DNA of 64,000 bases, taken from assembly GCA_963708295.1 (NCBI GenBank), contig CAVPSJ010000004.1:320001-384000 (forward strand), read 5' to 3'. The position numbers were made by a program, and so were the translations under genes. This document shows, piece by piece, positions 38,521 through 51,082 of the stretch (its first letter is position 1; the number at the start of each line of letters is the position of its first letter). The notes below the pieces were generated by a model that was not told the origin of the DNA, made no database searches, and saw only the letters and a list, made by a program, of their open reading frames with translations. Source of the DNA: an uncultured delta proteobacterium. GTDB lineage: Bacteria; Desulfobacterota; BSN033; UBA1163.

Positions 38521-40643
38521 TTAAAACTTGTAGGTCACACCTCCAAATACCAAATGAGCCTTATAGGACTGGTCTTTATAAGCCCCGGTCAGATAGCCAG
38601 CGTTTCCGCCCGTAACAGGGCCACCGGCGGGATTGACAAACAGGTAGTTGTCCAACTGGACATCATTATACTTAAATCTTTCATAGACATAGCCTGCCGA
38701 TACGATAACGGATTTTGTGAAATGATAAGCTGCCTTGAATTTGAAAGGCATATTTCGTATAGTCATCCAAGTTGGTGATATCAATATTATCATTGTTCGC
38801 TCCGGATGCAGGACCAAGTCCAGTTCCAGCAACAAACAATGAAGGATCAAGGGTAAAGTCAACGTTTCCATTCGATTTCACATAGTCAAATTGGAACATG
38901 AATGTCAGCTTCTGAGGGATCGCATAGATTTCAGTCCCGATGCCATACCCGTAGGTTCTTTCCTTCTGATCCTCACTAAAAGCACCAAGGGGAGACGAAT
39001 TTTGCACGTCCTGAATGAACTTAATCCATTCGAGAGTTAAAAAATCCATACAACTTTGCGATCTTTCCTATCAGGTAGTCTGCACTTGTTTCAAATTCGT
39101 GCCTCTTATCCTTCTTGAGCCCAAAAATTTCGTCGTAATCTGTTCTTTTGTACAGGTACCCAAAACCGAGATTGAGGTTCTCTATCGGGTATAAATCAAC
39201 CGATGTCCTGAAGGTATCACGATCGAACGATGCGTAGGCAGATCTCCTGTTAAACGGGACAAAGGAGTCGGTGAAATCCGCACTTTCTATCCAATCTTTC
39301 GTATCCTGCCTTGAAAGCCATAAAATCGAGTCCGGTCCACCTTAAATCGGCCGAATAGATATTGTCCTTCGTATCCGGTGGGATTTACTCTGCTTCTGTC
39401 GCATCGGTGATCTCAGTGGGTTCTACCCCTTTTAGTCTTTCTATCTGTCTTGATATATTTATAGCCACCGCTGAGATACAGATTTGCAGGAAGTTTTAAT
39501 CCGAGGTCTATCCCGGCTGCGTTCTTTTTGTAATCAAAAGGCTTGTTGAACTCGATTGTCCCTACGGTTGCTGATCCTGGAATATCACATCGTTTTTGTT
39601 CTCTCGTTTGTAAAAGCTGTAAAAGATCTTACCGTCGAGAAAACGCAGAGGATTCGAAGTTAAGACAAAGGAATAGTTTTGGGTGTTGATTTTCCCATCA
39701 AAGTCTGATTTGCTCAGGGTGATGGGGTTAATCGCCCCGGTATCGACAAACGAGTTCAAGAGGTCTGCATCCGATCTTGCACTCGAATATCCAGCGTTAA
39801 CATTAAATTTACTGTTCAGGGGGAGTTTCACAGCGCCTTTAAAATAGCCTTTATAATATCTGTTATCAGGAGGAAGGGTGAGTGTATCCATCGGGAAGGG
39901 GGTGACCGGATGGGTGAAATTCAGCTTGTCATTGTTGTCATTAAAGTCGCTGTAAATGAACCCCACGGACAAGAAGAGAGGATTCTTGGCATATCCCCCT
40001 TCAACCTTCAGGTTGTTCGTCGTGTAATCAACCGGTTCAGGAAGCTCAAGAACAATGCCACCGGGGCTTCCCGGCGCTATCCCTGCCGGCTTTATCCCAT
40101 CCCTGTCCTCCCTTTGGAATGAGACATCGAAAAAGAAGGGCTTAATCAAGTGCAGCTTTAAAGCCTCCTCCATATTGTCGTCTCTCGATGGAATAGTCAA
40201 ACGTATTCCAAGTGCTAAAATTTGTATTTGGGGTACCAATCAGGGTATGGTGGCCTGCTCCCGAAGAGAAAGGTTCTGGCATCAAAGGTAAGGTTATGAG
40301 GGATTTCATCGTAAAATAGGTCAAACTTGAATTTTCCCCACATGCCCCCGTCGAGCCTGTAACTCTGGGTATCATAACCCATGTCGCTTGCCCTGAACTT
40401 CAGGAAGTATTTTTCCGAATCCAATCTCAGGCTCGACCTTTCCGAAAACGCTGACGCCTTGCTCGAGATCTCTGTATTCGGTAAATTTTGCTCTACCTCC
40501 TTCTCCTCCCTGTCACGCCGGCATAAACTCCTTTGACACCAACTTCACCTTCAAGCTGAACCTCCTCGGAAAAGGCATTGGAAAACGCGCATGAGGCCTA
40601 TCATCAACAAAGATATGAAAACATGGATCATCCTTGATTTCAT
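38521..40643 (-). CDS. MtrB/PioB-family outer-membrane beta-barrel, several frameshifts
   Basis: AKFTEYRD, ELPEPVDYTT, LPPDN segments, terminal aromatic YKF; lies directly after a decaheme gene. Confidence 0.85.
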
Positions 40644-40656
40644 GATTTCACACCTC

Positions 40657-41642
40657 CTATCGTAAGAAAGCTTCTCCTCTTTCACCAGGACCGTTGCTTC
40701 CATGAATATTTGTATGGCAGTTCAGACATGAGCGCGCGAAAAACTTGTTTTTGTTAGCCGTAGCAGAACCTGTGAAATGAATGGAGATTAGTGTATGGCC
40801 TTCTGGGATGACTTCCTTGCACGCTATGGCAATTCTGACAAAGGAGAGGTACCCTACTTGTTAGAAGCTTCCCATGGTTGCTCCCATGGGCCTCATGGCA
40901 GATCAAGCAGCTCTCATCCACCGGGGGATGCTGCCACATAAAAGGCCCTCTTTTTTCGGCGTGGCATTTGTAACAAAGGTCGTTGACAGAATCAGCCTTT
41001 ATCATCTTATCCGTGCCGGACCTGCGGGAACCGCTAAAACTGACTACAGGCTCGGTGCTAAAACTGCCCATCGTATCGTGGCAGCTGGAGCACTTGAGCG
41101 CCTGTCTTCCGACAAACGCTTCCTTTATCGGATGATGGGACTGTTTATTTACCTGAGCCCTGATATTCCGATGACAGTTGAAGCAAAGGTCCGGCTCGGA
41201 GGCCACCAACAGCTTTTCCACTCCCTTGTGGATGGAATGGCAGCTATCACAAGAATTGCCCGCAAACTTGTGCCGGTTCATATTCCAGAATGCCAAAACC
41301 TTCGATTCTTCGTGGCAGGCCATGCATTTTGCAGACTTTTCCTGTGGGTCTCATTCTTTCTGCCAAAGGCAATAGATGGCAACGCCTCTGCCTCCGCCTT
41401 TTTCAACGTGCTGAGCACCGGGACCATGACAGGATTCACACCCTTCCCTATTCGCGGGATTCCCGGGAACTGCCTTTCTTGCCATGAACGGATTTGACAA
41501 ACTTGTTGTAATAGGCCTCATGGCAATCCTTGCAGGCTTCAGAGCCGGCATACTCTGAATCCCCTCTTACAATGTTCCAAGTCATGAGGATGAGTGAAAA
41601 AGTGACTCCCATAAACAAAAGAACAAAGGTTCCCTTCTTCAT
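40657..41642 (-). CDS. DmsE/MtrA-family decaheme c-type cytochrome, frameshifted
   Basis: Signal peptide plus 10 CxxCH across frames (CKDCH, CESCH, CMACH, CDSCH, CFNCH, CSSCH, CYKCH, CLICH, CQNCH, CLNCH), with CHAEKRGPF and IHGSN. Confidence 0.9.
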
Positions 41643-41937
41643 AATATGTTCACCTCCTGTTTTTTTGTTCTAACAGAAATCTCACCTTTATCGTCGTCTG
41701 CCTACAAATCCGCCCTTTCCATTGATTAGAGATAGAGTCGGTGAAGCGAAATAGGATTTCTCTCCTAAATTCCAGCTTCAGGCCACGTACGAATGGAGAG
41801 CTTGCGATTTCTGGCTGAAACAAATTTCTCTGTAAAATAGATCGAGCGAAGAGGGAAAGTGAATGGGGTGAGTACTGTATTTTAATGGAAAAAAGACTGT
41901 ATATTTGGAAAGGCTGGCACGACAGGCTTATTCTGAA

Positions 41938-42952
41938 TCAATCCTTGAGGGTCCAACAATGGGGGTCTTCTCCAAACAAATCGCCCGTCAAAGAAAAAGC
42001 TAAGCTTCGGCATCCGCGGCATTCTCTCATCTCGCAAGTTCCACATTTTCCCTTGAGGTTCTTCTTTTTTCTCAGCTTCTCCAATAGGTCTGATTCTTCC
42101 CATATCTGTTTCAAGGGAGTTTCCAGAAGATTCCCTATTGAAATGGGAAGCCTTCGGCAAGGAAAAACGTTTCCCTCCGGCATGATGCAAAGACCGTCCA
42201 CTCCGATGACACAGGGAGCCCCCAATAGTTCGGGCTCCTCTCCAGAAAAACTGATCTGAAAGGCTTGATAGGGGAGGACCGAATGATCTTCCCCTTCGAT
42301 TGAGAAAAAACGGGTGAGCATTCCTATCATTTCGCTTCCATTCTTCCTTGTGGAGGACCTCGTTCATGACTCCTTTTCCCTTGCCCAAAGGGATGAACCG
42401 TTCGATGATCAATCCGTTGATGCCGCTGTCCTGGCACAGTTTAAACAGGGAGGGAAGGTTTCTTAAATTCTTTTTCATCACCGTAAACATCACGATGATT
42501 TCAAATCGCTTCTCCTTTCTTGCCAATGAAATATTCTGCATGACCTTCTCAAAAACCCCTTTTGAGCGAATGGCATCATTCGTCTCTGCGTCGGCTCCGT
42601 CCAGAGAGATCTTTATCTTCTTCAATTTTGAAAAATCGGATAATCTTCTCATCTTCTCTCGATCCACGAGAAGACCGTTGGTAATGATTCCCAATTCTTC
42701 GACGACGGATTGCTGGTCCAGATGATCCAGGAGGGGAAGTAGCTCAGGTTTTAATAAAGGCTCGCCGCCAGTGACATGGATACAGGCTTTTTGATCCCAT
42801 TCCTTAATCGTATTGAGGAGGTTATCAGATACTTTCCTCAGTCCCGACCAATCCAGATCTCTCTTCGTCGAAAAATCGTCTTGATAGCAGTGCTCGCAAT
42901 GAAGATTGCAGAGGTTGGTAATATGCCATTGGAAATGGAACGGATCTTTCAT
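41938..42952 (-). CDS. Radical SAM protein with SPASM domain, frameshift near 42330
   Basis: CNLHCEHC, TGGEP; C-terminal C..G...GNVFPC...C..C....CRGCR...DPHC. Confidence 0.88.
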
Positions 42953-43031
42953 CGAACCCGGTAAACAGGTAAAAGAGGTGATGGAAATATTTTAAAATTA
43001 TTTTAGGAGGAAAGCCAGACGGCTCTCGGCC

Positions 43032-44174
43032 TCATTCAATCCCCTTTAGCCGTAAGGCATCGTGAAGCAACGAATTTCCGTCGCATCGGTAGCAATGATT
43101 TTCTGTTCCCGAAGGGACATGCGCCCTGTGGACGATCTCCGAAGCCTCGAGAATCGTCTCAACGAACCATTGGCTCGTAGGAGCTCGGTGGCCCTCAAGT
43201 TTTGACCCCGGATTAGGCGACCAGACAAAGGGAACGACATTTGCTCCCAGGGCTGTCATTTCCTTGACCCCTTCCAGGAATGTCTTTTTAGGTTCCAATC
43301 CCATCACAAAAACCCCGTAGACGTTTCCTTCCCCAAAGATTTTAGCCGCAGTCCGTATGGAACGAATAAAGTTCCCATGACTGACATTCTTCGATTTTCC
43401 CGGGCAGATTGCCTCGTATAATTTCTCGTCCCATATTTCCATACTGAACCCAATGGCCTTTATCCCGGTATCGTAATATCTCTTTATTTCATCCTCCTCT
43501 CTTGCCGGCGAGGGAAGAATCGTCCCAGGAACACGGTCCAGGCCCGTTTGTTCCCGCATGGACTTTAGAATGTCGGCTACCCGTTCAATCTCTTTTTGAT
43601 GATTGAAGCATCCTCCGGTCAGAAGGACATGCTTCACCCTGCCCTCGGCGAAAGCGGCCTTCGCCACCTCACCGATATCTTCGGTCTCCTTCTTTTTTAA
43701 GACCGAGTCATAGGTTTTTGAAGTAGACACGAGATTGCAGAAGAGACATTCCTCTTTCTTAGAAAAATGACTGCAATAATTCTGATAACAGAAAAAGAGA
43801 CAATCCTCTCCTCCGATCTGTCCGATCTTCACCATGGGATGGTGGTTAACCGTCTCTTCCGTGTAATAGGCCGGCCTGGGAATCCATTCGACCTTGCATA
43901 TTCCTTCCTTGCCGTCGGATAACATCAGGTCGTTTTCTTCCACCGTCACCTGATAGGGTGAACGGCTATTCTTCCTGAACTGGACCACGGTTCCATCCGG
44001 AAGAAGGAAATCATCCGGCAGGGGTATCCCGGCATGATCCTCAAAATCCCAGCCAAAGAGACCGTGATTCTGCTCCTTATACTTCTTCCCTATCCCTTTA
44101 AGGGCCTTTGGAGTCGCCTGAATTCCCTCGACCAGCAGTTCTGCCTTGAGTTTTAGGAATCGGAGATCTGTCAT
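43032..44174 (-). CDS. Radical SAM protein with Cx8CxxC motif
   Basis: YCSHFSKKEECLFC, LTGG, ICPGK, C-terminal CYRC. Confidence 0.82.
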   Translation of the reverse strand: MTDLRFLKLKAELLVEGIQATPKALKGIGKKYKEQNHGLFGWDFEDHAGIPLPDDFLLPDGTVVQFRKNSRSPYQVTVEENDLMLSDGKEGICKVEWIPRPAYYTEETVNHHPMVKIGQIGGEDCLFFCYQNYCSHFSKKEECLFCNLVSTSKTYDSVLKKKETEDIGEVAKAAFAEGRVKHVLLTGGCFNHQKEIERVADILKSMREQTGLDRVPGTILPSPAREEDEIKRYYDTGIKAIGFSMEIWDEKLYEAICPGKSKNVSHGNFIRSIRTAAKIFGEGNVYGVFVMGLEPKKTFLEGVKEMTALGANVVPFVWSPNPGSKLEGHRAPTSQWFVETILEASEIVHRAHVPSGTENHCYRCDGNSLLHDALRLKGIE

Positions 44175-44192
44175 GCTTTCACCTCCCTCTTC

Positions 44193-44807
44193 TTATGAGT
44201 CTTTGTCATGGGCCTCTCTGTTGGAAATGAGAAATATCCCTGTCAAACCGAAAAGGTTGGGGAGTATTCTTATCCTCCTCTTTTTACCAGCAAAGGCGGC
44301 CCTTTCTATCTTGATTTTTCTCTGATGACAATATCCGATGAAGTCTGAAATACTTAGGAAATGGAGGTTGGGGGTATCTTGCCATTCATAAGGCAAAGAC
44401 GGCGTAACCGGAGTCCTTCCCCTGAAAAATATCTGCAGACGTGCCTGATAGTGCGCAAAATTAGGGAATCCAACGATAACTTCACTTCCTACTCTCAACG
44501 CTTCCCTTAAAACAATATCGGGTTTCTTGACCTGCTGAAAACTTTGATTGAGTATCACGTAATCAAAGGACTGATCAGCGTAATCGGATAATCCATTGTC
44601 AATATCCTCATGGAATACACTTAACCCTTTAGCCACACATTGATAGATGGCCTGCTCATCAATCTCGATACCTTGGGCCTTCACGTGCCTTTCCCGGACG
44701 AGTAATGCCAACAATTCTCCATCGCCGCAACCAAGGTCTAAAACGGATGCACCTTCATGAATCCATTCAAGAATAGCCTTGTGGTCCAAGGAAGGGTTAG
44801 ATTGCAT
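44193..44807 (-). CDS. metW: Methionine biosynthesis protein MetW
   Basis: VLDLGCGDGELL, FPNFAH, LPYEW.DTPNLH. Confidence 0.93.
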   Translation of the reverse strand: MQSNPSLDHKAILEWIHEGASVLDLGCGDGELLALLVRERHVKAQGIEIDEQAIYQCVAKGLSVFHEDIDNGLSDYADQSFDYVILNQSFQQVKKPDIVLREALRVGSEVIVGFPNFAHYQARLQIFFRGRTPVTPSLPYEWQDTPNLHFLSISDFIGYCHQRKIKIERAAFAGKKRRIRILPNLFGLTGIFLISNREAHDKDS

Positions 44808-46065
44808 ACTCTGTTATCCTGCTTTCACCCGTCACTCCGTTTTCAAGGGTTACCTTTTGTAAGAAGTGCTTAACCATGTGTGTTTCCTCCTCAACCTCGA
44901 GGAGAAAGGCATCGTGGCCATAGGTCGAATCGATTTCGCAATAGGTCGTATCTACCCCTGCCCATTTGCATGCCTTTACAATTTCTTTAGATTGGGAAGC
45001 CGGATAGAGCCAATCCGATTTGAATGCCAGAACCAGGACTTTGGCTTTTGTCTCCTTAAATACCTCATGAAGATTTTTCCCCTTCGAAGCATCGAAAGAA
45101 TCGATCGCCCGGGTGATATAGAGATAGGAATTGGCATCAAATCGCTTCACGAAATGATCTCCTCGGTTGTGAAGGTATTCTTCCACCTCAAAATCAATGC
45201 TAAATTTGCGGGGGCTCCCGTTGTGACTCAAACGTCTTCCGAATTTCTCAGCCATCGAGATTTCGCTCATATAGGTGATATGGCCGATCATACGAGCGAC
45301 GGCGAGCCCCTTGGCCGGGGAATGCCCGCCGTAGTAGTGACCGTTTTTCCAAAGGGGATCCGCCATAATGGCTTGCCGTCCGACCTCATGAAATGCAATC
45401 TGCTGGGGCGAATGCTTTGTCGCCGTGGCAATAACGATGGCACTATTCAGCCGCTCCGGATGAGCGGTCAGCCACTCTAAGGCTTGCATGCCACCCATCG
45501 AGCCGCCTGCAACCGAAAGCAGGCGGTCAATTTCCAGATGATCGATCAAGTGCTTTTGCACATTGACCATATCCGGGATACTGATGATCGGGAAATCGAG
45601 GCCATAGGGCTTTCCTGTCCCTGGGTTGACGGAAGATGGACCGGTTGTGCCCCTGCAACCCCCGAGTACATTTGAGCAGATCACGAAGTACTTATCCGTA
45701 TCAAAGGCTTTACCCGGCCCGATCATATCGTCCCACCACCCCGGTTTTTCATCTCCTTTGTGAAGGCCTGCGGCATGGGCGTCTCCGGTAAGGGCATGAA
45801 GGATTAAAACAGCGTTGGACCGCTGTTGATTCAGCTGACCATAAGTTTCATAGGCGATGGTAATGGGCCCGAGCTTTTCGCCGTTTTCCAGGATAAGTTC
45901 GTTAGGGGGAAATGCCAATTGAAAATAGTTTGTTTTCACCACCCCCGCGCAATGATTCTTTTCTAAAACGAAAATCTGCTCGGGAATATCGGCACTTCGA
46001 TTGAATGGTTGTCCGGCTCTTTTGACTCGCTTGGCAATGAGATTAACCTCTGGCATTTTTTTCAC
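44797..46065 (-). CDS. metX: Homoserine O-acetyltransferase (true start may be slightly downstream)
   Basis: HALTGDAH, GGSMGGM, RFDANSY, GHDAFL. Confidence 0.95.
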   Translation of the reverse strand: MKKMPEVNLIAKRVKRAGQPFNRSADIPEQIFVLEKNHCAGVVKTNYFQLAFPPNELILENGEKLGPITIAYETYGQLNQQRSNAVLILHALTGDAHAAGLHKGDEKPGWWDDMIGPGKAFDTDKYFVICSNVLGGCRGTTGPSSVNPGTGKPYGLDFPIISIPDMVNVQKHLIDHLEIDRLLSVAGGSMGGMQALEWLTAHPERLNSAIVIATATKHSPQQIAFHEVGRQAIMADPLWKNGHYYGGHSPAKGLAVARMIGHITYMSEISMAEKFGRRLSHNGSPRKFSIDFEVEEYLHNRGDHFVKRFDANSYLYITRAIDSFDASKGKNLHEVFKETKAKVLVLAFKSDWLYPASQSKEIVKACKWAGVDTTYCEIDSTYGHDAFLLEVEEETHMVKHFLQKVTLENGVTGESRITEYAI

Positions 46066-46153
46066 CTCATCGGGTTTCTCTGGTCCTTCTTTCCTAATCG
46101 CCCGGTACTCAGGAAAGAAGGCTTTTATTTTAATGGGCCCTTTGATGAGAAAA

Positions 46154-47491
<1,338 letters not shown>

Positions 47492-47496
47492 TCATT

Positions 47497-47544
47497 ACAA
47501 AAAACAAAAAAGCCCACTGCCAGTCTCTCTCTTGGCAGCGGGCC
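47497..47544 (-). terminator. Intrinsic terminator in the met leader (attenuator)
   Basis: Minus strand GCCCGCTGCCA-AGAGAGAGAC-TGGCAGTGGGC-TTTTTTGTTTTTT, about 45 nt before metY ATG. Confidence 0.88.
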
Positions 47545-47575
47545 TTTGGGTGCCGTAATATTTATCCGATGGTGC

Positions 47576-47689
47576 TTACATGGGCGCCCCTCCCCTGTCA
47601 AGATGACGACACATGGACATGCAGCACATCATCATTGATTTGCCATCTCTTCGCTCGGAATATGCGATCTTCGACAGTCTGCCCATCAT
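47576..47689 (-). CDS. Met/Cys-rich attenuator leader peptide MMGRLSKIAYSERRDGKSMMMCCMSMCRHLDRGGAPM
   Basis: ATG ATG ATG TGC TGC ATG TCC ATG TGT control run, located between the promoter and the terminator. Confidence 0.85.
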   Translation of the reverse strand: MMGRLSKIAYSERRDGKSMMMCCMSMCRHLDRGGAPM

Positions 47690-47725
47690 TCTCACTTTTC
47701 CCAAAAAAGTCAGTCTAATTAACTC

Positions 47726-47768
47726 CCACATTGTGGTACTAATTTAACATATGAATAAATTTTGTCAA
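47726..47768 (-). promoter_or_regulatory. met operon promoter with palindromic site near +1
   Basis: TTGACA(47768-63)-16-TAAATT, followed by CCACAATGTGG (47726-47736). Confidence 0.65.
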
Positions 47769-47908
47769 GTCTTTTTTCAAAAAAATTTTGATCCCTTTCA
47801 GATGGTAAACTAAAAAACCGCATTCAAATACTCACGACACCCTGCATCCACGGGGAAAAGTTTTCCAGGTCTTCAGTTTAGAACCCCGAAGCCCACCCGT
47901 CTGGAGTA

Positions 47909-50566
47909 CTACCCCTTCTCCCTTTTGAGCCTCTTGATCTTCACTTTGGGGCTCAGCTCAATCGTGCCGCTCAGGGGATCCACGCCTACGTTGTCCTTTG
48001 CAGTAATCAATGCATTGTAATTTATCCCCTTTTTCGAAACGGGGTCCATGTGGATCGTGCCTTTTCCATAGCACGCTGGAATCCCGACTACCTCCGGGTG
48101 AATGAGTTCGGTCAACTTCACTCTCCCCCTCGACTTCCCATACCGTGATTCCACCTCTATCCAGTCCCCGTCCCTGATCCCTTTCTTTTTCGCCGTCTCC
48201 TTGTTGATATGGATGAACATCTCATAGGCGTCCCTCTCGCGAAGCTCTGCTAACCAAGGATTTTCCTGAGTTCCCCCTGTGGCAAAGGGCATGAGGGAGG
48301 TCTTCCAGTTGACCACCCAGAGATCGAATTCAGGAGGAGCGTTAAGCTCATTGTTTGGAATCCAGTGGGGGATAGGTTTGAAGTAGGCAAAGAAGTCTTC
48401 CGTCTCGTCTTTCCTCCATCCCGGAATCTTTACGTTATCTTTCTTTAGGTTTTCCCGAAGCGTGTCTCCCGTTTTTTTTGTTTGTTCAAAATAAATGGGA
48501 TGCCGGGTCTTATTGTCAGGCCAATAGTAGTAGTTATAGCCTTCCTTCCCTGTCTTGGAGTATTTATAGATAAGGCCTTTTTTGAGGCCTTCTTCAAAGC
48601 TGTGTTCATCTCCGAAGATCTGTTTGATTCTGCGGTCGATGATCTCATCCAGTGTATACCTCTCGCCGAGGTCGAGCTTCCGATGATCTGTCAGCATGAA
48701 GGTCCGGTTGATGACGTCATTCAACCCTCCCTTTCCTTTGAGGAATCCCGCCCGGTCGGCCAGCTCGAGCATGATATCATCGATCTGCATCGTATTGAAC
48801 ATGGGCTTGACAGGGTTTCGGCAGAGGGCCATCTCCAGACCGCGCACATCGTCTGCAATGGACTGATGGACGACCAGATAAAATCGGCAGAACTTTCTTT
48901 CAAGGAAATAGGATTCCGGAAGAACGATGTCGGCCATCATTGTTGTTTCATCAAATTGTGTGGAGACGGTCACAATGAAGGGAACCTTCTTAAAGGCCTC
49001 GATGAAGATCTCCCGGTCGGTGATGGCCCGGATAGGGTTCCCGCCGCAGATTAAAAAAGCCTCTATCGGAAAATCGAGATAATACTCTTTCGGATCGACA
49101 ATGGCCCTGACGGCCAGATGGGGCGCCGTATGTTTTGTCGGATAGAACTCCGCCATATCGACATGGTCAGGCGGAAACTTCCAGGGGACGCCGATGGCTT
49201 CGAGGATGGGCGTCACGATCCCGTCCTCATTAGGCATGAGGGTTTCGGCACAGGGGCCAGGATTTCGATTCCCGGTAGCCCCACCCGGAACCTCCATCGC
49301 TCCCACCAGCATGTTGATGATCTTCGTGGCCAGGTCGAAGTACATGCCGCCTTTGTGTGAAACAGCCCCCCGCCCGGAGCCCGCAATCTGTGCGGGTCTG
49401 TATGGAAAAGTGAACCCGTCGATCACAATCGTAGAGCCGATCATAGCGTGGTCAATAAATTCTCTCGTCGTGAGACGAATGATCTCAGGCGGGACGGAAG
49501 TGATCTTCTCAGACCATTCCGGCGTATACTCTTTCACTCGTTCTTTGATCAGCTGAAATGCGGGCTTAGTCCGGACACCTCCGACTTCGTATTCTCCTTC
49601 CAGGACATAGTCGCTGATCGAGGGGTCGTCAAAGGTTTTCGCCTTCCCTTCTACGGAGTCCCAAAGAAGGGGCTTCCTTGACTTCGGATCTCGCACGTAG
49701 TAGCCATCCGGTCCGATCAGATAGGGACCATTCGTCCGGTTCTTCACAAACCACTCATCGAACTTGCCGATCTCATAAAGGATCGTGTGGATCATCGACA
49801 ACGCAAAGGCCAGTTCGGTCCCCGGACGGATGGGAATCCATCGGTACCCCTTGGAAGTCTCCACAGAAGAGCGCGGATCAAGGGTTACCAACTTCATCCC
49901 CCTTCCAATGGCTTCGAGGAACCGCCGGGTCGATCCGGGAGTCGCAACGTTGGGCCCTACGGTCCTTCCGGGAGCGATGAGATAATTGCAGTACTGAAGG
50001 TCTGAAATGTATTCGGGGTTCTGGCCATGGACCAGGTTAGACGCATAATGGATGGAGCAGAGGGGGCCGTGGGAGCCCACCACATTGGGCGTCCCGAAGG
50101 CGTCTGCGAAGATCTGTCCCGGCACCTTGTAGTTCGTCGCCTTCTCCACCTCCTTGGGCGTAATAAAGAGGCTCTCAGCGCACCCCCAGCCTTCCCAGAC
50201 GAGAAGTTTTCGGGGGTCTTCCTCGCGAATCTTTTTGAATTTTTCTGCAACCGTGTTCAATGCCTCTTCCCACGGTATTTCCACCCAGCCGGGGTCGATA
50301 TCCGGTCCCTTCTCCGGGTTTGTCCGCTTCAGAGGACCTTTGACGCGGTACGGGTTATACAATCCCATGATCGAAGAGATGGAGCGAATACAGATCTTAC
50401 CCCGATTGGTGGGGCAGTCAGGGTTACCCACGATATTGGTAATGACGCCATCTTCAACATGAACAAGCGTGCCGTCATCGGCCTGCATGCACATCATACA
50501 AAAACTGGGGATCCACCGATCCTCGGACTCCCTCGGGGCCTCTTGAATTAGATTTGGCAAGCTCAA
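47909..50566 (-). CDS. Mo-bis-PGD oxidoreductase catalytic subunit (PadB/arsenate-reductase-related, orphan)
   Basis: CMMC..., PLKRTNPEKG..DPGWVEIPWEEAL, IRPGTE, ADIVLPES; 885 aa; no Tat signal. Confidence 0.87.
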   Translation of the reverse strand: MSLPNLIQEAPRESEDRWIPSFCMMCMQADDGTLVHVEDGVITNIVGNPDCPTNRGKICIRSISSIMGLYNPYRVKGPLKRTNPEKGPDIDPGWVEIPWEEALNTVAEKFKKIREEDPRKLLVWEGWGCAESLFITPKEVEKATNYKVPGQIFADAFGTPNVVGSHGPLCSIHYASNLVHGQNPEYISDLQYCNYLIAPGRTVGPNVATPGSTRRFLEAIGRGMKLVTLDPRSSVETSKGYRWIPIRPGTELAFALSMIHTILYEIGKFDEWFVKNRTNGPYLIGPDGYYVRDPKSRKPLLWDSVEGKAKTFDDPSISDYVLEGEYEVGGVRTKPAFQLIKERVKEYTPEWSEKITSVPPEIIRLTTREFIDHAMIGSTIVIDGFTFPYRPAQIAGSGRGAVSHKGGMYFDLATKIINMLVGAMEVPGGATGNRNPGPCAETLMPNEDGIVTPILEAIGVPWKFPPDHVDMAEFYPTKHTAPHLAVRAIVDPKEYYLDFPIEAFLICGGNPIRAITDREIFIEAFKKVPFIVTVSTQFDETTMMADIVLPESYFLERKFCRFYLVVHQSIADDVRGLEMALCRNPVKPMFNTMQIDDIMLELADRAGFLKGKGGLNDVINRTFMLTDHRKLDLGERYTLDEIIDRRIKQIFGDEHSFEEGLKKGLIYKYSKTGKEGYNYYYWPDNKTRHPIYFEQTKKTGDTLRENLKKDNVKIPGWRKDETEDFFAYFKPIPHWIPNNELNAPPEFDLWVVNWKTSLMPFATGGTQENPWLAELRERDAYEMFIHINKETAKKKGIRDGDWIEVESRYGKSRGRVKLTELIHPEVVGIPACYGKGTIHMDPVSKKGINYNALITAKDNVGVDPLSGTIELSPKVKIKRLKREKG

Positions 50567-50665
50567 TCCTCCTCCTAAGCATCGCTTGTGTTGGTCAGCT
50601 AAGAATCGCCCGTGTCCGGTCGGATATGGAATACTTCACAGAAACCACCTCCAGCGGAGAGAAAG

Positions 50666-51082
50666 TTAAGCATCCCTTCGCTTGGAAATCCTTCTTAAGG
50701 CAGTCGTGCCAAAATTCTTTGTAAAGACTTCACACTTCCGGCAGACCTTCATCTTATGGCCCCAGTTATTTTGAGGTTTTCCGAGGCAAATGGTCCCGTT
50801 GATAAACCAGCAAAGGCTGCCCGCATTGAATTCCCATGCCGGACAACCTTGACGAGCCTGTACGGAACAGTTCTGAATTTCCCAGCAGGGCCGGGCATCT
50901 TTCGCTTTTCCTTTTTTCATATTCAGCAAGAAAAACATTTGACGTTCGATGTGTACAGGAACCTTCCGCCATCCCTGTTCAAAACTCTGAACGGTCTTGA
51001 GAGAAGTCCCCAGAAGTTCCGCCATCTGTTTCTGCGTCTTCTGGAGCTCCTGGCGAAACATGGAGAACTCTTGATTGTCCAT
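50666..51082 (-). CDS. XRE HTH regulator fused to a Cys-rich (CW..C/CPA/CW/C..C) domain
   Basis: TQKQMAELLGTSLKTVQSFEQG; CWEIQNC..CPAW..CWFINGTIC..CRKC. Confidence 0.82.
   Translation of the reverse strand: MDNQEFSMFRQELQKTQKQMAELLGTSLKTVQSFEQGWRKVPVHIERQMFFLLNMKKGKAKDARPCWEIQNCSVQARQGCPAWEFNAGSLCWFINGTICLGKPQNNWGHKMKVCRKCEVFTKNFGTTALRRISKRRDA

Noticed and set aside
41643-43031. RiPP precursor peptide for the SPASM enzyme
   Set aside because: No small ORF with an SD and a precursor-like composition in the flanking gaps.
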